A DNA stretch of 46,875 nt from an uncultured Armatimonadia bacterium (GCA_964455745.1 CAYWBK010000002.1:1-46875); one strand, 5' to 3'; positions 31,617 through 40,051 are shown, counted from the stretch's first letter. The notes: generated by a model from the sequence alone, not told the origin. Program-made: numbers and translations.

Positions 31617-34600
31617 ATGGATCCCAAAGACAGCGAAGAGATGGGTCAGACGGACGTGCAGAGTCGTGACGAAGAGCAGGTCGTGCGGGCTTACGACCAG
31701 CCGGGAATCAGGCCGAGCACCTGGCGGGTCGTGCCCAACCTGATCGCTCGCCAGTACCGTGCCCTGTTGGAGTCGATCATAGTGTACGGGGTGCAGGTGC
31801 CCATCGTGATCGATGAGCACGGCACGATCATCGACGGCTATCATCGCTGGCGTGCCGCCGTGTGGGCAAAGCGAAGGGACATCCCGTTCACGATCGTCCC
31901 CGGCCTCTCCGAGGCGGGAAAGCGAGAGCTGGCACGCCGTCTCAACCTCGCCCGCAGGCACCCCGGCCCCAGCCAGAGGCGGCAGATCGTAGAGGAGCAG
32001 CTCCGGGAGCGTCCGGATCTGAGCAGCCGAGCAGTGGGACGCCTGTTGGGCGTCGATCACAAGACGGCGTCCAAGGCCCGCAAGCGGCTCGAGGCCGCAG
32101 GCGAGATCCCGGTCGTCACTACCGTCACCGACGAGCACGGGAAGCAGAAGCAGCCAGTCCAGAAGAGCCGGGCCATCCACTGCCGCAGCATCGCCGAAGC
32201 CCAGAGGGCGATCCGGGATGCGACGGAGTTCGGGGATGACCCCATCCCCACTTCCGCCAACGACGCCCGATCGATGGCCAAGGCGGCGGCGAAGCACAAG
32301 AAGGATCGTCTGGATGACGAGGATCTGGCTCGGTACCTCGCCGAGCGGTACTCGGGCGAACTCGAGATCGACAGCGTCCGACGAGAGGACATCCGGAAGC
32401 TCGACCTGCCGGAGGGCAGCGTCGACCTCATCTATACCGACCCTCAGTACCACGAGGATCATCTCGAAACGTACGAAGCCCTCGCCGAGCTGGCGAGCCG
32501 GGTGCTGAAGCCGGGCTGCCTGCTCTTCGTCTACTGCGGCAAGCAGTTTCTGCCGGATGTCATCCAGCGACTCGGCAGCCATCTCGACTACGTGTGGACG
32601 ATGGCCGACGTGTTCGAGACCGGCGACCACGTGGTCGACAGCGTCCGCGTCAAGGAGAAATACCGGACGATCCTCGTCTACAAGCGGCCCGGCGAGACCC
32701 CCAAGCGGGTTCTCGTCCCCGACGCCGTCCACAGCCCCAAGCAGAAGGACGACCACGACTGGCAGAACTCCTGCGAGGCGGCTCGCACGTACATCGAGGC
32801 ATACACCCGTCCCGGCGACGTGGTACTGGATCCCTTCGTGGGCGGCGGCACGGTCCCGGCCGTATGCGTCGAACTCAACCGACACTTCCTGGCCTTCGAC
32901 GCCGATCCGAACGCCGTGAAGCGGACGCTGCGACGACTCGAGAGGATGAGCGGCGACGCGGGCGACGATGTGGGCGACCCAGAGGGCGACGAGGATGACC
33001 CCGACGACGGCGGCCCCGCGGGGACCCCTCCGCCCGACTACGGCCTCCCCGAGTTCGACAGCCCGATCTCGCCGTTCGCCTGGGGTGGCGAGACACCGGC
33101 CGAGGTCGTCGCCGCACGGAACGCCCTGGTCTGCCCCAGCGACGGGGGAACCGGCGACTACGAGCACTTAACGATGGACGAGATCGACGCCCTGCCCGCC
33201 GGACCGCTCACGGTCTCGTGGCGGTCGCCCCAGCTCGTCGACTTCCACAAGGCCGACCGATGGGTGGCGAGCATCCCCGTGAAGCGGGCGAACCTGAAGA
33301 CCTTCTTCCACGCTGAGGGCAGCATCAAGTCCGAGGGGGCGGTGCCCGTCCTCAACGGCCTCTCGAACGGCTGCGGGCGGCGGCTCACGGGCCACGCCAA
33401 CTGCGACCAGCGGTGCTTTCAGGGGCCCGGCAAGTGCTCAGGGTGTTACGCCGATGTCAATCAGTACAGCATCCGCGAGGAAAACCGAGCCAAGGGCTGG
33501 GGCATCGTCCACAACGGCTTCATCACCACCCCGGACGACACGGTCAACGACTGCCTCAAGCTGCGGCTCCCCGGCGATGGGAAGCCCGGCCACTTGACCG
33601 ACCTGATGGCGAACTCCGGCCCCTTCGACCCGCCGATGGTCAGGACCGACTGCGTCTCCAGCGACGGCTCGCTGAGCTTGTCGCTGGGACTGATCCAGGC
33701 GTGGTCGGAGCAGAACCCCAGCGTGCCGTTCTACACGATCAGTTCGGACTACTTCTCGCCCAGCGACGAGATGCTGCGGTGGGCGGCATCGATCCCGACG
33801 CTCTGGGTGGGACATACCCTCAGCCCGTGGTTCTCTGAGATCGAAAACGAGACCCGCCTGGCGGCCATCCGCCGACACCTGGACTTCGGCGTGCCGACCG
33901 TGGTGTGGATCACGACCTCCCCCGACTGGGACAACTGGTCGATCGCCGAGCGGGCACTGGAACTCGTCCCTCCGACCCACATCATCGAGGCCCCACTGCA
34001 GACTTCCAAGCTCAGCAAGCACCTGCCCCTGCTGCACCTGAATCCGCTCGGAGCCTGCGGCGACATGCGGTACGACGGCGATGGACGCCTGGCGACCTTC
34101 GTCGAATGCAAGGGCAAGCAGGTCGCTCACGTGGTGGGCGAGGATGGGCTGGAGCGAGCCAAGGGTCACGTCAGCCCCCGCTGCCGGGGCTGCCGGGTCA
34201 AGTGCGGCTACTACGCCGTCCGTGGGATGGTGGAGGCTGCTGCAGCCGAAGCACCCGTGTGGGTCCCACAGGCGGCCGACGCTGGCCTGATGGGGGGTGC
34301 CGCCCCCCTCGTACAGCCCCTCCCAGGGGCCCATACGCTCGAGATCCGGGACCAGGTCGTCGTGACCGGTGACTGCCTGCGGGTGCTCTCCGAGTATCCC
34401 GACGGCTCGATCTCCGTTGTCGTGACGTCGCCTCCTTACAACCTGAACAAGGACTACGGTTCGGTTGGGGACGATCGTCCGATGGCCGAGTACCTGGACT
34501 GGATGGAAGAGGTATCGGCCGAACTCGCACGAGTCCTTTCGCCGGACGGCTCTCTCTTTCTCAACCTGGGGATCGTCCCCTCCCGGCCGTGGCTCGCGGA

Positions 34601-36263
34601 CGACGTGGTGGCCCGCTTCCGGGACCACTTCGTCCGCCAGAACACCTTCGCCTGGGTGCACTCGCTGCACGACGGTGAGCGGACGAGGGGGCAGTTCAGC
34701 CCGATCAGCTCCCCCCGGTTCGTCAACCGCACCTGGGACCCGGTCTACCACCTGACGAAGACCGGCCGGGTCGAACTCGATCGCCTCGCCGTCGGCGTGC
34801 CCCAGGAGGATCCCCGCAACGCCGAGAGGTTCGAGGGGTCGCAGGACATCCACTGCGGCGGCGACACCTGGTTCATCCCCTACGAGAGGAAAACCAGCCG
34901 TGCCAAGGACAAGGGCAGGCACCCGTGCCTCTTCCCCGTGGAACTCGTCCGCCGGTGCCTCCTGCTGCACGGGGTCGACCGAATCCGCCTGGCTCTCGAC
35001 CCCTTCCTGGGTTCGGGCACGACACTCGTGGCCGCCAGGCGGCTCGGCATCCCCGCCGTCGGGATCGAGCTCGATCCCGACTTCGCAGAGAAGGCGAGAG
35101 AGCGAGTGGCGGAGACCGAGGTCGAACGCACTCCGGCCGAGCCCACGATCCCGGCCAAGCGTGCGGTCGAGCGGGGCGACGGGACTCGACGATCCGTTCG
35201 CAGGAGCGGCACTCAGGGCGACTCCGCCGCCAACGAGACCGATGCCCTCGGGCAGCGGACCCACGTGTGGGTCGACACCACCCAGGTCACTCCCCTCCCA
35301 TCTCGCACGCTGGTCGATCTCTTCTGCGGGGCAGGTGGCATCGGCGAAGGGTTCGGGCAGGCCGGGTTCCGTTCGATCTTCGCGGTGGAGATGGACGAGG
35401 ACGCTGCCGCGACCTACCAGACCAACTTCCCCCATTGTGACCTCGTGCTGGCCGACATCAGGGACCTCACCGACGACGAGATACTGTGCCGCATCGGCGG
35501 CGTGAAGGTGGACGTCGTCTCGGCTGGCTGGCCGTGCCAGGGGATGTCCTCTGCGGGCAAGCGAAATCCGGCCGACCCACGCAACCTGCTATACCGCGAG
35601 GCCGTCCGGGTAGTTCGGCTCCTCCGCCCCCACGTGGTCGTGATGGAGAACGTGCCCGAGCTGCTGGACGGGCGGAACCGAGGCCTATTGGAGGGCCTTC
35701 TGTCGTCGTTGGGCGATGCGGGCTACCCCGACGCCAGCGTGATGCTCCTCGATGCCGCCGACTACGGCGTCCCCCAGCGACGCCTGCGTGCCATCACCAT
35801 CGCCAACCGCGACGGCCTACCGAACCCATATCCGCTGCCCCTCCTGACGCCCGATCACCACGTGACGGCTCGGGAGGCCATCGACGATCTGCTGCTGCGG
35901 CCGAACGACCCGTGGACGAACCACACGCCCGCTCGACACAACGCCGAGACGAAGGCGGATCTCGCGAGCATCCGTGCGGGGGGAAGCGGCTACGAGCGTT
36001 CTCGCCAGGCACGCCGCCCGCTCGACCCGGATGCTCCGGCACCCACGGCGACGTACTGCCACGGGAACGGGTTCGTCCACTACGCCGAGAACCGCATCAT
36101 CACGCCTTTGGAGTACGCACGCCTCCAGGGCTTCCCAGATGAGCACGTGTTCGAGGGCGGCAAGGGCTCCGTCGGCGGTCAGATCTGCAACGCCGTGCCG
36201 CCGCCCTTGGCGAGGTGCATCGCACTGGCGGTGCAGAGCCTGCTGGACGAAGTGGGCGAGTGA
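31617..36263 (+). CDS. Giant fusion protein: ParB-like domain + N6/N4-MTase-like module + Cys-rich DUF + N6/N4 MTase + C5-cytosine MTase
   Basis: ParB: VPIVIDEHGTIIDGYHRWRAA. Module 1: IYTDPQYHED ... VLDPFVGGGT. DUF: NGCGRRLTGHANCDQRCFQGPGKCSGCYAD... Module 2: VVTSPPYNL ... LDPFLGSGTT. C5: DLFCGAGGIG, GWPCQGMS, ENVPELL, QRRLR, CNAVPPPLA. ATG 31617 has GGAGGTG 6 nt upstream; an in-frame ATG 31494 also has an SD. Confidence 0.75.
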   Translation: MDPKDSEEMGQTDVQSRDEEQVVRAYDQPGIRPSTWRVVPNLIARQYRALLESIIVYGVQVPIVIDEHGTIIDGYHRWRAAVWAKRRDIPFTIVPGLSEAGKRELARRLNLARRHPGPSQRRQIVEEQLRERPDLSSRAVGRLLGVDHKTASKARKRLEAAGEIPVVTTVTDEHGKQKQPVQKSRAIHCRSIAEAQRAIRDATEFGDDPIPTSANDARSMAKAAAKHKKDRLDDEDLARYLAERYSGELEIDSVRREDIRKLDLPEGSVDLIYTDPQYHEDHLETYEALAELASRVLKPGCLLFVYCGKQFLPDVIQRLGSHLDYVWTMADVFETGDHVVDSVRVKEKYRTILVYKRPGETPKRVLVPDAVHSPKQKDDHDWQNSCEAARTYIEAYTRPGDVVLDPFVGGGTVPAVCVELNRHFLAFDADPNAVKRTLRRLERMSGDAGDDVGDPEGDEDDPDDGGPAGTPPPDYGLPEFDSPISPFAWGGETPAEVVAARNALVCPSDGGTGDYEHLTMDEIDALPAGPLTVSWRSPQLVDFHKADRWVASIPVKRANLKTFFHAEGSIKSEGAVPVLNGLSNGCGRRLTGHANCDQRCFQGPGKCSGCYADVNQYSIREENRAKGWGIVHNGFITTPDDTVNDCLKLRLPGDGKPGHLTDLMANSGPFDPPMVRTDCVSSDGSLSLSLGLIQAWSEQNPSVPFYTISSDYFSPSDEMLRWAASIPTLWVGHTLSPWFSEIENETRLAAIRRHLDFGVPTVVWITTSPDWDNWSIAERALELVPPTHIIEAPLQTSKLSKHLPLLHLNPLGACGDMRYDGDGRLATFVECKGKQVAHVVGEDGLERAKGHVSPRCRGCRVKCGYYAVRGMVEAAAAEAPVWVPQAADAGLMGGAAPLVQPLPGAHTLEIRDQVVVTGDCLRVLSEYPDGSISVVVTSPPYNLNKDYGSVGDDRPMAEYLDWMEEVSAELARVLSPDGSLFLNLGIVPSRPWLADDVVARFRDHFVRQNTFAWVHSLHDGERTRGQFSPISSPRFVNRTWDPVYHLTKTGRVELDRLAVGVPQEDPRNAERFEGSQDIHCGGDTWFIPYERKTSRAKDKGRHPCLFPVELVRRCLLLHGVDRIRLALDPFLGSGTTLVAARRLGIPAVGIELDPDFAEKARERVAETEVERTPAEPTIPAKRAVERGDGTRRSVRRSGTQGDSAANETDALGQRTHVWVDTTQVTPLPSRTLVDLFCGAGGIGEGFGQAGFRSIFAVEMDEDAAATYQTNFPHCDLVLADIRDLTDDEILCRIGGVKVDVVSAGWPCQGMSSAGKRNPADPRNLLYREAVRVVRLLRPHVVVMENVPELLDGRNRGLLEGLLSSLGDAGYPDASVMLLDAADYGVPQRRLRAITIANRDGLPNPYPLPLLTPDHHVTAREAIDDLLLRPNDPWTNHTPARHNAETKADLASIRAGGSGYERSRQARRPLDPDAPAPTATYCHGNGFVHYAENRIITPLEYARLQGFPDEHVFEGGKGSVGGQICNAVPPPLARCIALAVQSLLDEVGE

Positions 36264-36278
36264 GATGATGGCTCCACG

Positions 36279-36414
36279 ACCTGCCCTGCCCGGCGGAATC
36301 GGGAGTGCCACCACCGGCAGAACGGGGCGGATGGGCACGCCGGGATGGGGTTCGTACCCTCCGCGGCGACCGTCCATCGGAGCTCCCTTGGCCGCGACCT
36401 GGCGGAGTGCCACC
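36279..36414 (+). promoter_or_regulatory. Island leader motif, copies 5-6 (upstream of the P4/D5-type primase gene)
   Basis: 36279-36313 is GACCTGCCCTGCCCGGCGGAATCGGGAGTGCCACC. 36381-36414 is GAGCTCCCTTGGCCGCGACCTGGCGGAGTGCCACC. Both have the 14-nt spacing. Confidence 0.5.
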
Positions 36415-36449
36415 ACGGAGCGTAGCCAACCCAACGTGAGGTGATCGAG

Positions 36450-37967
36450 ATGACATTCGAGCCCAGCACCGACGCGACGAACGCTGCGTTGCCAACCGCC
36501 GAACCGGACGACACCGACGGTGCAGCGGTGCCCGACGAGGTCGAAGACGAGGGCGGCGTCGCCAACCTCGGCGGAGATGACATGAGCCTGGCGGCCGCAT
36601 TCATGCGGTCGCTGGACGACGCCGGTCGCCTGGTCCGCTACTCCACCAAGGATCTGCTGTGGGAGTACGACCACGACAGGGGAGTTTGGCGACGCTTCAC
36701 CGAGAGCGACATGAGGGCGTTCAACGCCGCCCTGTACGAGTTCGTGCGGGATCGCCTGCCAGCGAACCACCGCAACGACCGCAGCACGTCACGCTACCGA
36801 TCCGTCCGTCGAGTCCTGTTCGACACGCTCGGGGACTACCACGTCGCCCCGGATGAGTTCGACGTCGACTCCAACCTGATCGCCTTCCGCAATGGCGTCT
36901 ACGACCTCGAGCGGGACGTCCTGCTGCCCCACGATCCGTCCCACATGCTGACCAGCACCCGCGACTACGACCACGACCCGAAGGCCACCTGCCCGAGGTT
37001 TGTGCGGTTCCTGGAGGAGGTGCTGGTTCGTCGTCTGGACCCCACCGACGAGACCAGCCCGCTGGTGCCCGATCGTCAGCTCTGGCTACTCGTGCAGGAG
37101 ATGATGGGCTACTCGTTCGCCACCCACTGTCGGGCAGAGAAGGTCTTCTTCATGTATGGCGATGGACGCAACGGCAAGTCCGCCCTGATTCGGGTCCTCT
37201 GCCAAGTCGTGGGAGAGCACAACGTCTGCGACTTCGACGTGCGTGAGATCGGCAACTCCCAGATGAACGACCGGCTCATCGGCAAGCTGGTCGCCGTCCA
37301 GACCGAGCTGGATGCCGGGACGACGATCCCCGACGCACGCCTGAAGGCGATGGCGTCCGGCGAGGGCATGACGGCGAAGGTGGTCTACGAGAAAGTGGTC
37401 TCCTTCCACCCCTTCGCGACCCTCATCATGGCGGGCAACAACCTGCCCACGACCCGCGATCGATCCAAGGGCTTCTGGGCTCGCACGGTCGTGATCCCCT
37501 TCCTGGCCACGTTCGAGGGCGACGCCGCCGATGCCAACCTGCAGGATCGATTCCTTCCCGAACTCGCCGGTGTCTCCAACTTCGCCGCCGAGGGCTACCG
37601 CCGCCTGCGGGACAACGGCTGGCGGTTCACCGAGGCCGCCACCAGCGTTCAGGCGACGCTGCGGTACCGAGAGGAGACCGACAGCGTCCTCTCGTGGTTC
37701 GACGACTCCCTGCGGGCGGCGACGGCCACCATCAAGGTCCAGACGGCGGACCTGTTCGACAGCTACTCGGAGTACTGCCGACGCTTCCGGTTCGCCGCCG
37801 ACAACCTCACCCGCTTCTCCAAGAGAATCAGGCAGATCGTGGACGCCCGTGAGGGGCAGGCGTGGTCGACTGCCGCCGATGGCGGCACCCCCTTCTCGAT
37901 GGCCTTCCACCGAGCCGCCAGCTCCAGGGGCTACGTCGGCACGTTCCAGCTCGTCTCGGAGCCGTAG
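36450..37967 (+). CDS. Phage/plasmid primase, P4 family C-terminal / D5-like SF3 helicase protein
   Basis: GAGGTG lies 6 nt upstream of ATG 36450. D5_N-like NLIAFRNGVYDL, Walker A GDGRNGKS, then ...LIMAGNNLP and the WR..V.PF pattern. Confidence 0.7.
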   Translation: MTFEPSTDATNAALPTAEPDDTDGAAVPDEVEDEGGVANLGGDDMSLAAAFMRSLDDAGRLVRYSTKDLLWEYDHDRGVWRRFTESDMRAFNAALYEFVRDRLPANHRNDRSTSRYRSVRRVLFDTLGDYHVAPDEFDVDSNLIAFRNGVYDLERDVLLPHDPSHMLTSTRDYDHDPKATCPRFVRFLEEVLVRRLDPTDETSPLVPDRQLWLLVQEMMGYSFATHCRAEKVFFMYGDGRNGKSALIRVLCQVVGEHNVCDFDVREIGNSQMNDRLIGKLVAVQTELDAGTTIPDARLKAMASGEGMTAKVVYEKVVSFHPFATLIMAGNNLPTTRDRSKGFWARTVVIPFLATFEGDAADANLQDRFLPELAGVSNFAAEGYRRLRDNGWRFTEAATSVQATLRYREETDSVLSWFDDSLRAATATIKVQTADLFDSYSEYCRRFRFAADNLTRFSKRIRQIVDAREGQAWSTAADGGTPFSMAFHRAASSRGYVGTFQLVSEP

Positions 37968-37996
37968 CTGGCTCAGAGTTGGCTGGATGCCGTTCC

Positions 37997-38027
37997 CCTG
38001 CGAGGGCCCGTTCCGGGCCCTCGCAGG
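37997..38027 (+). terminator. Hairpin CCTGCGAGGGCCCG-TTC-CGGGCCCTCGCAGG 3' of the primase gene
   Basis: 14-nt perfect arms starting 30 nt after the stop at 37967. Confidence 0.5.
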
Positions 38028-38044
38028 CACTTCCGTAGGCCCCT

Positions 38045-38146
38045 ATGACGGGTATGACGGGATGACGCTTCGCCCAGGGGAGTTTTCACAGGGCCTTCGA
38101 TCTCGTGAGGTTCCCTCGAACGACCCGTCATTCCGTCATCCGTCAC
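38045..38146. repeat. Iteron-like arrays: three ATGACGG(G) direct repeats facing three CCGTCA(T/C) repeats
   Basis: Left array: ATGACGGG 38045-52, ATGACGGG 38054-61, ATGACGC 38062-68. Right array: CCCGTCAT 38124-31, TCCGTCAT 38132-39, CCGTCAC 38140-46. The spacing within arrays is 8-9 nt and about 55 nt separates the two arrays. Confidence 0.6.
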
Positions 38147-38261
38147 TGATTTCGCCCGCCGACGAGATGGGCAGCAGACACCGAGGTGCAACCTTGTATC
38201 GCCTGCCTATATGCCCCAGATGGCAATGTCACCACTCGACGTGCGGGACCTCCTCGGTCGC

Positions 38262-38706
38262 CATCGAGGTCCCCGATGGCCGTCATCTCGACCATCGTGG
38301 CCTTCCGACACGAAGAGCGGTTCTGACCTGCCCTGCCGCGAGAGCTCGGAGTGCCACCATGCCCCGAGACGACATGAGCAGGAACCACACCATGTCGCAG
38401 ACGCACATCGTCGGCCGCAGTGGCGGCCGGGAGGAGGAATGTGCAACGACGACCGACACGGCCGTGCGAACGATCAAGCTCGAGGGAGTCGATGGCCGCC
38501 ATCTCGACCGTCCTGCCCTCCCGACACGAATGGCCATCCCGACCTGCCTTGCCCCGAGAAGTCGGAGTGCCACCATGCCCCGAGACGACATGAGGCCGAA
38601 CGGGACCATGTCGCAGACGCACATCATCGGCCGCATCTGCGGCCATCAGGAGGAATGCTCAATGGCAACCGACACGGCCGTGCAGACGATCAACATCGAC
38701 GGAATC
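38262..38706 (+). repeat. 216-nt tandem direct repeat (~2 copies) containing leader-motif copies 7 and 8
   Basis: Units start at 38275 and 38491 (GATGGCCGYCATCTCGACC...). Motif copies are at 38325-38375 and 38541-38591. Each unit ends with AGGAGGAATG and the first ~14 codons of the downstream gene. Confidence 0.85.
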
Positions 38707-39015
38707 GAGTACGAGCTCAGGCCACCCACAGACGACAGCTACGCCGACCTCGATGCTTGGCTGGAGCACGACCTCGTGGTGGAGTACGCCGACGAAGATC
38801 AGCCGGACGACGCCGAGAGCATCCGCACGTATGGGATCGAGTGCGTCCCCGGCATCGTCGACGCCGAGGGCCGGACGGTCGGGTTCGTGTGCCCTGATTG
38901 TCAAGTGCCCGTGCTGCTCCACCACGCCGACGTCTACCAGGACCGTTACCGGGGATGCCCCCAGTTCGGCTGCGACGTGGTCGTCTACTGCGGCGATGTG
39001 CTGCCGAAGGGGTGA
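38662..39015 (+). CDS. Small acidic protein with a C-terminal Cys cluster (zinc-ribbon-like)
   Basis: AGGAGG lies 9 nt upstream of ATG 38662. Sequence runs MATDTAVQTINIDGIEYEL...FVCPDCQ...GCPQFGCDVVVYCG. The frame stays open upstream, so ATGs at 38359 and 38575 are alternative starts. Confidence 0.5.
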   Translation: MATDTAVQTINIDGIEYELRPPTDDSYADLDAWLEHDLVVEYADEDQPDDAESIRTYGIECVPGIVDAEGRTVGFVCPDCQVPVLLHHADVYQDRYRGCPQFGCDVVVYCGDVLPKG

Positions 39016-39026
39016 TGGGGCGGTGG

Positions 39027-39060
39027 GGCGTGCCCCGGGCAGTGAGGCTCGGGGCACGCC
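39027..39060 (+). terminator. Hairpin GGCGTGCCCCG-N12-CGGGGCACGCC 3' of the small gene
   Basis: 11-nt perfect arms 12 nt after the stop at 39015. Confidence 0.45.
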
Positions 39061-39277
39061 GATGTGGGGTCTCACGATTCGCCACGGTGACGCCGCAGAG
39101 AAGGAAGTTGGGTTCGCCATGTCGGATTCGCTTTCCCCTCACCGTCGATCATCGTACTATCGAATCGAGATCGGCCGCTCCCAGAAACATGTGGACCGAG
39201 GCGGAGCGAGAGCACAGCACAGGTCACGCCCGGCACCGCCTGAGCGGGCCGGAAGATGACAGAGGAGATGATCGAAG

Positions 39278-40051
39278 ATGCCAAAGAGCCAGAATCGGGG
39301 CGAGATGATGTCCCGGCCTGGAAGTGACCGCCGCAACGCAGGCTACATCCACTTCCGCAGCATCGCCGATGACTGCGTCCAGCAACTGCTGTCCGAGGGC
39401 GAGCACGAATCGGTGGTGGGTCGGCTGGCCACCGTCCACTGGTTGGATGATGAACGGGCACCGGTGGTCTGCCCGAGCCTGGGTATTCTCCGCAGGATGT
39501 ACTGCGAGGTGTGCACCACCCAGCCGGACGGTGGTGCTCGCACATACACGGGGGATGTGCCCGGCGTCAGGTACGACGGTGACATACCCCAGCGATTCCC
39601 AGACTGGCGTGTCCAGGCGTTGATCGACCTCGGCTACGACGCCGAGTGCATCGCCAGCGGAACGGCTGATCGCTACGTGATCGTGGCCGTCGAGCCACAC
39701 GGGTCTGACGTGATCGAGCAGCTCGGAGAGAGCATTGCGGTGGTCAGGATACATGCCGGAGGTGGGATCAGCGTCGTAACACCGGGGGATGCCGTAGAGC
39801 TGTATGGACACAGGGAAGACGAGGAGCCTTGGGGCGATCAGGAGTTCTGGGAGGCCGTGACCGGTCCCCGGTCGGCCACGGCTCCCGATGGCATCGAAGG
39901 GCTCATCGTCCGACTCGAGGACCGAGGCTGGACCGACGTGGAGGTGCTGGACTGGCACAACGCGGTGACCGGGCAGGACCACCTCTGGGTGTTCGCTCTG
40001 CCTCCCCTCAAGGACGACGACACCGATGAGCCCGAGCTGGATCAGGACTAG
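39278..40051 (+). CDS. Acidic hypothetical protein
   Basis: GAGGAG lies 9 nt upstream of ATG 39278. The translation is protein-like throughout. No recognisable domain. Confidence 0.45.
   Translation: MPKSQNRGEMMSRPGSDRRNAGYIHFRSIADDCVQQLLSEGEHESVVGRLATVHWLDDERAPVVCPSLGILRRMYCEVCTTQPDGGARTYTGDVPGVRYDGDIPQRFPDWRVQALIDLGYDAECIASGTADRYVIVAVEPHGSDVIEQLGESIAVVRIHAGGGISVVTPGDAVELYGHREDEEPWGDQEFWEAVTGPRSATAPDGIEGLIVRLEDRGWTDVEVLDWHNAVTGQDHLWVFALPPLKDDDTDEPELDQD

Noticed and set aside
30918-35435. Very long minus-strand ORFs (30918..33167, 749 aa; 33438..35435, 665 aa) antisense to the giant methyltransferase gene
   Set aside because: Their translations are Arg/Gly/Pro/Val-rich and motif-free. They exactly shadow a plus-strand ORF with five recognisable domains. 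Long antisense ORFs are expected in GC-rich DNA.
38325-38591. Sigma-54 promoter on the reverse strand of the leader motif (reverse complement contains TGGCAC)
   Set aside because: The GC element (TTGC) expected 5 nt after TGGCAC is absent. The next conserved block (GGCAAGGCAGG) lies 13-14 nt after TGGCAC, and all associated genes are on the plus strand.
38262-38706. Possible CRISPR array
   Set aside because: There are only two long (216-nt) contiguous units with no short repeat/spacer alternation. This is a tandem duplication, not a CRISPR.
37531-39015. The 494-aa ORF as one gene
   Set aside because: Its first ~145 codons overlap the 3' end of the well-supported primase gene in another frame. 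It then crosses a strong hairpin and the iteron-like repeats. Only the last 117 codons, which follow an AGGAGG, are called; upstream in-frame ATGs are noted as alternatives.
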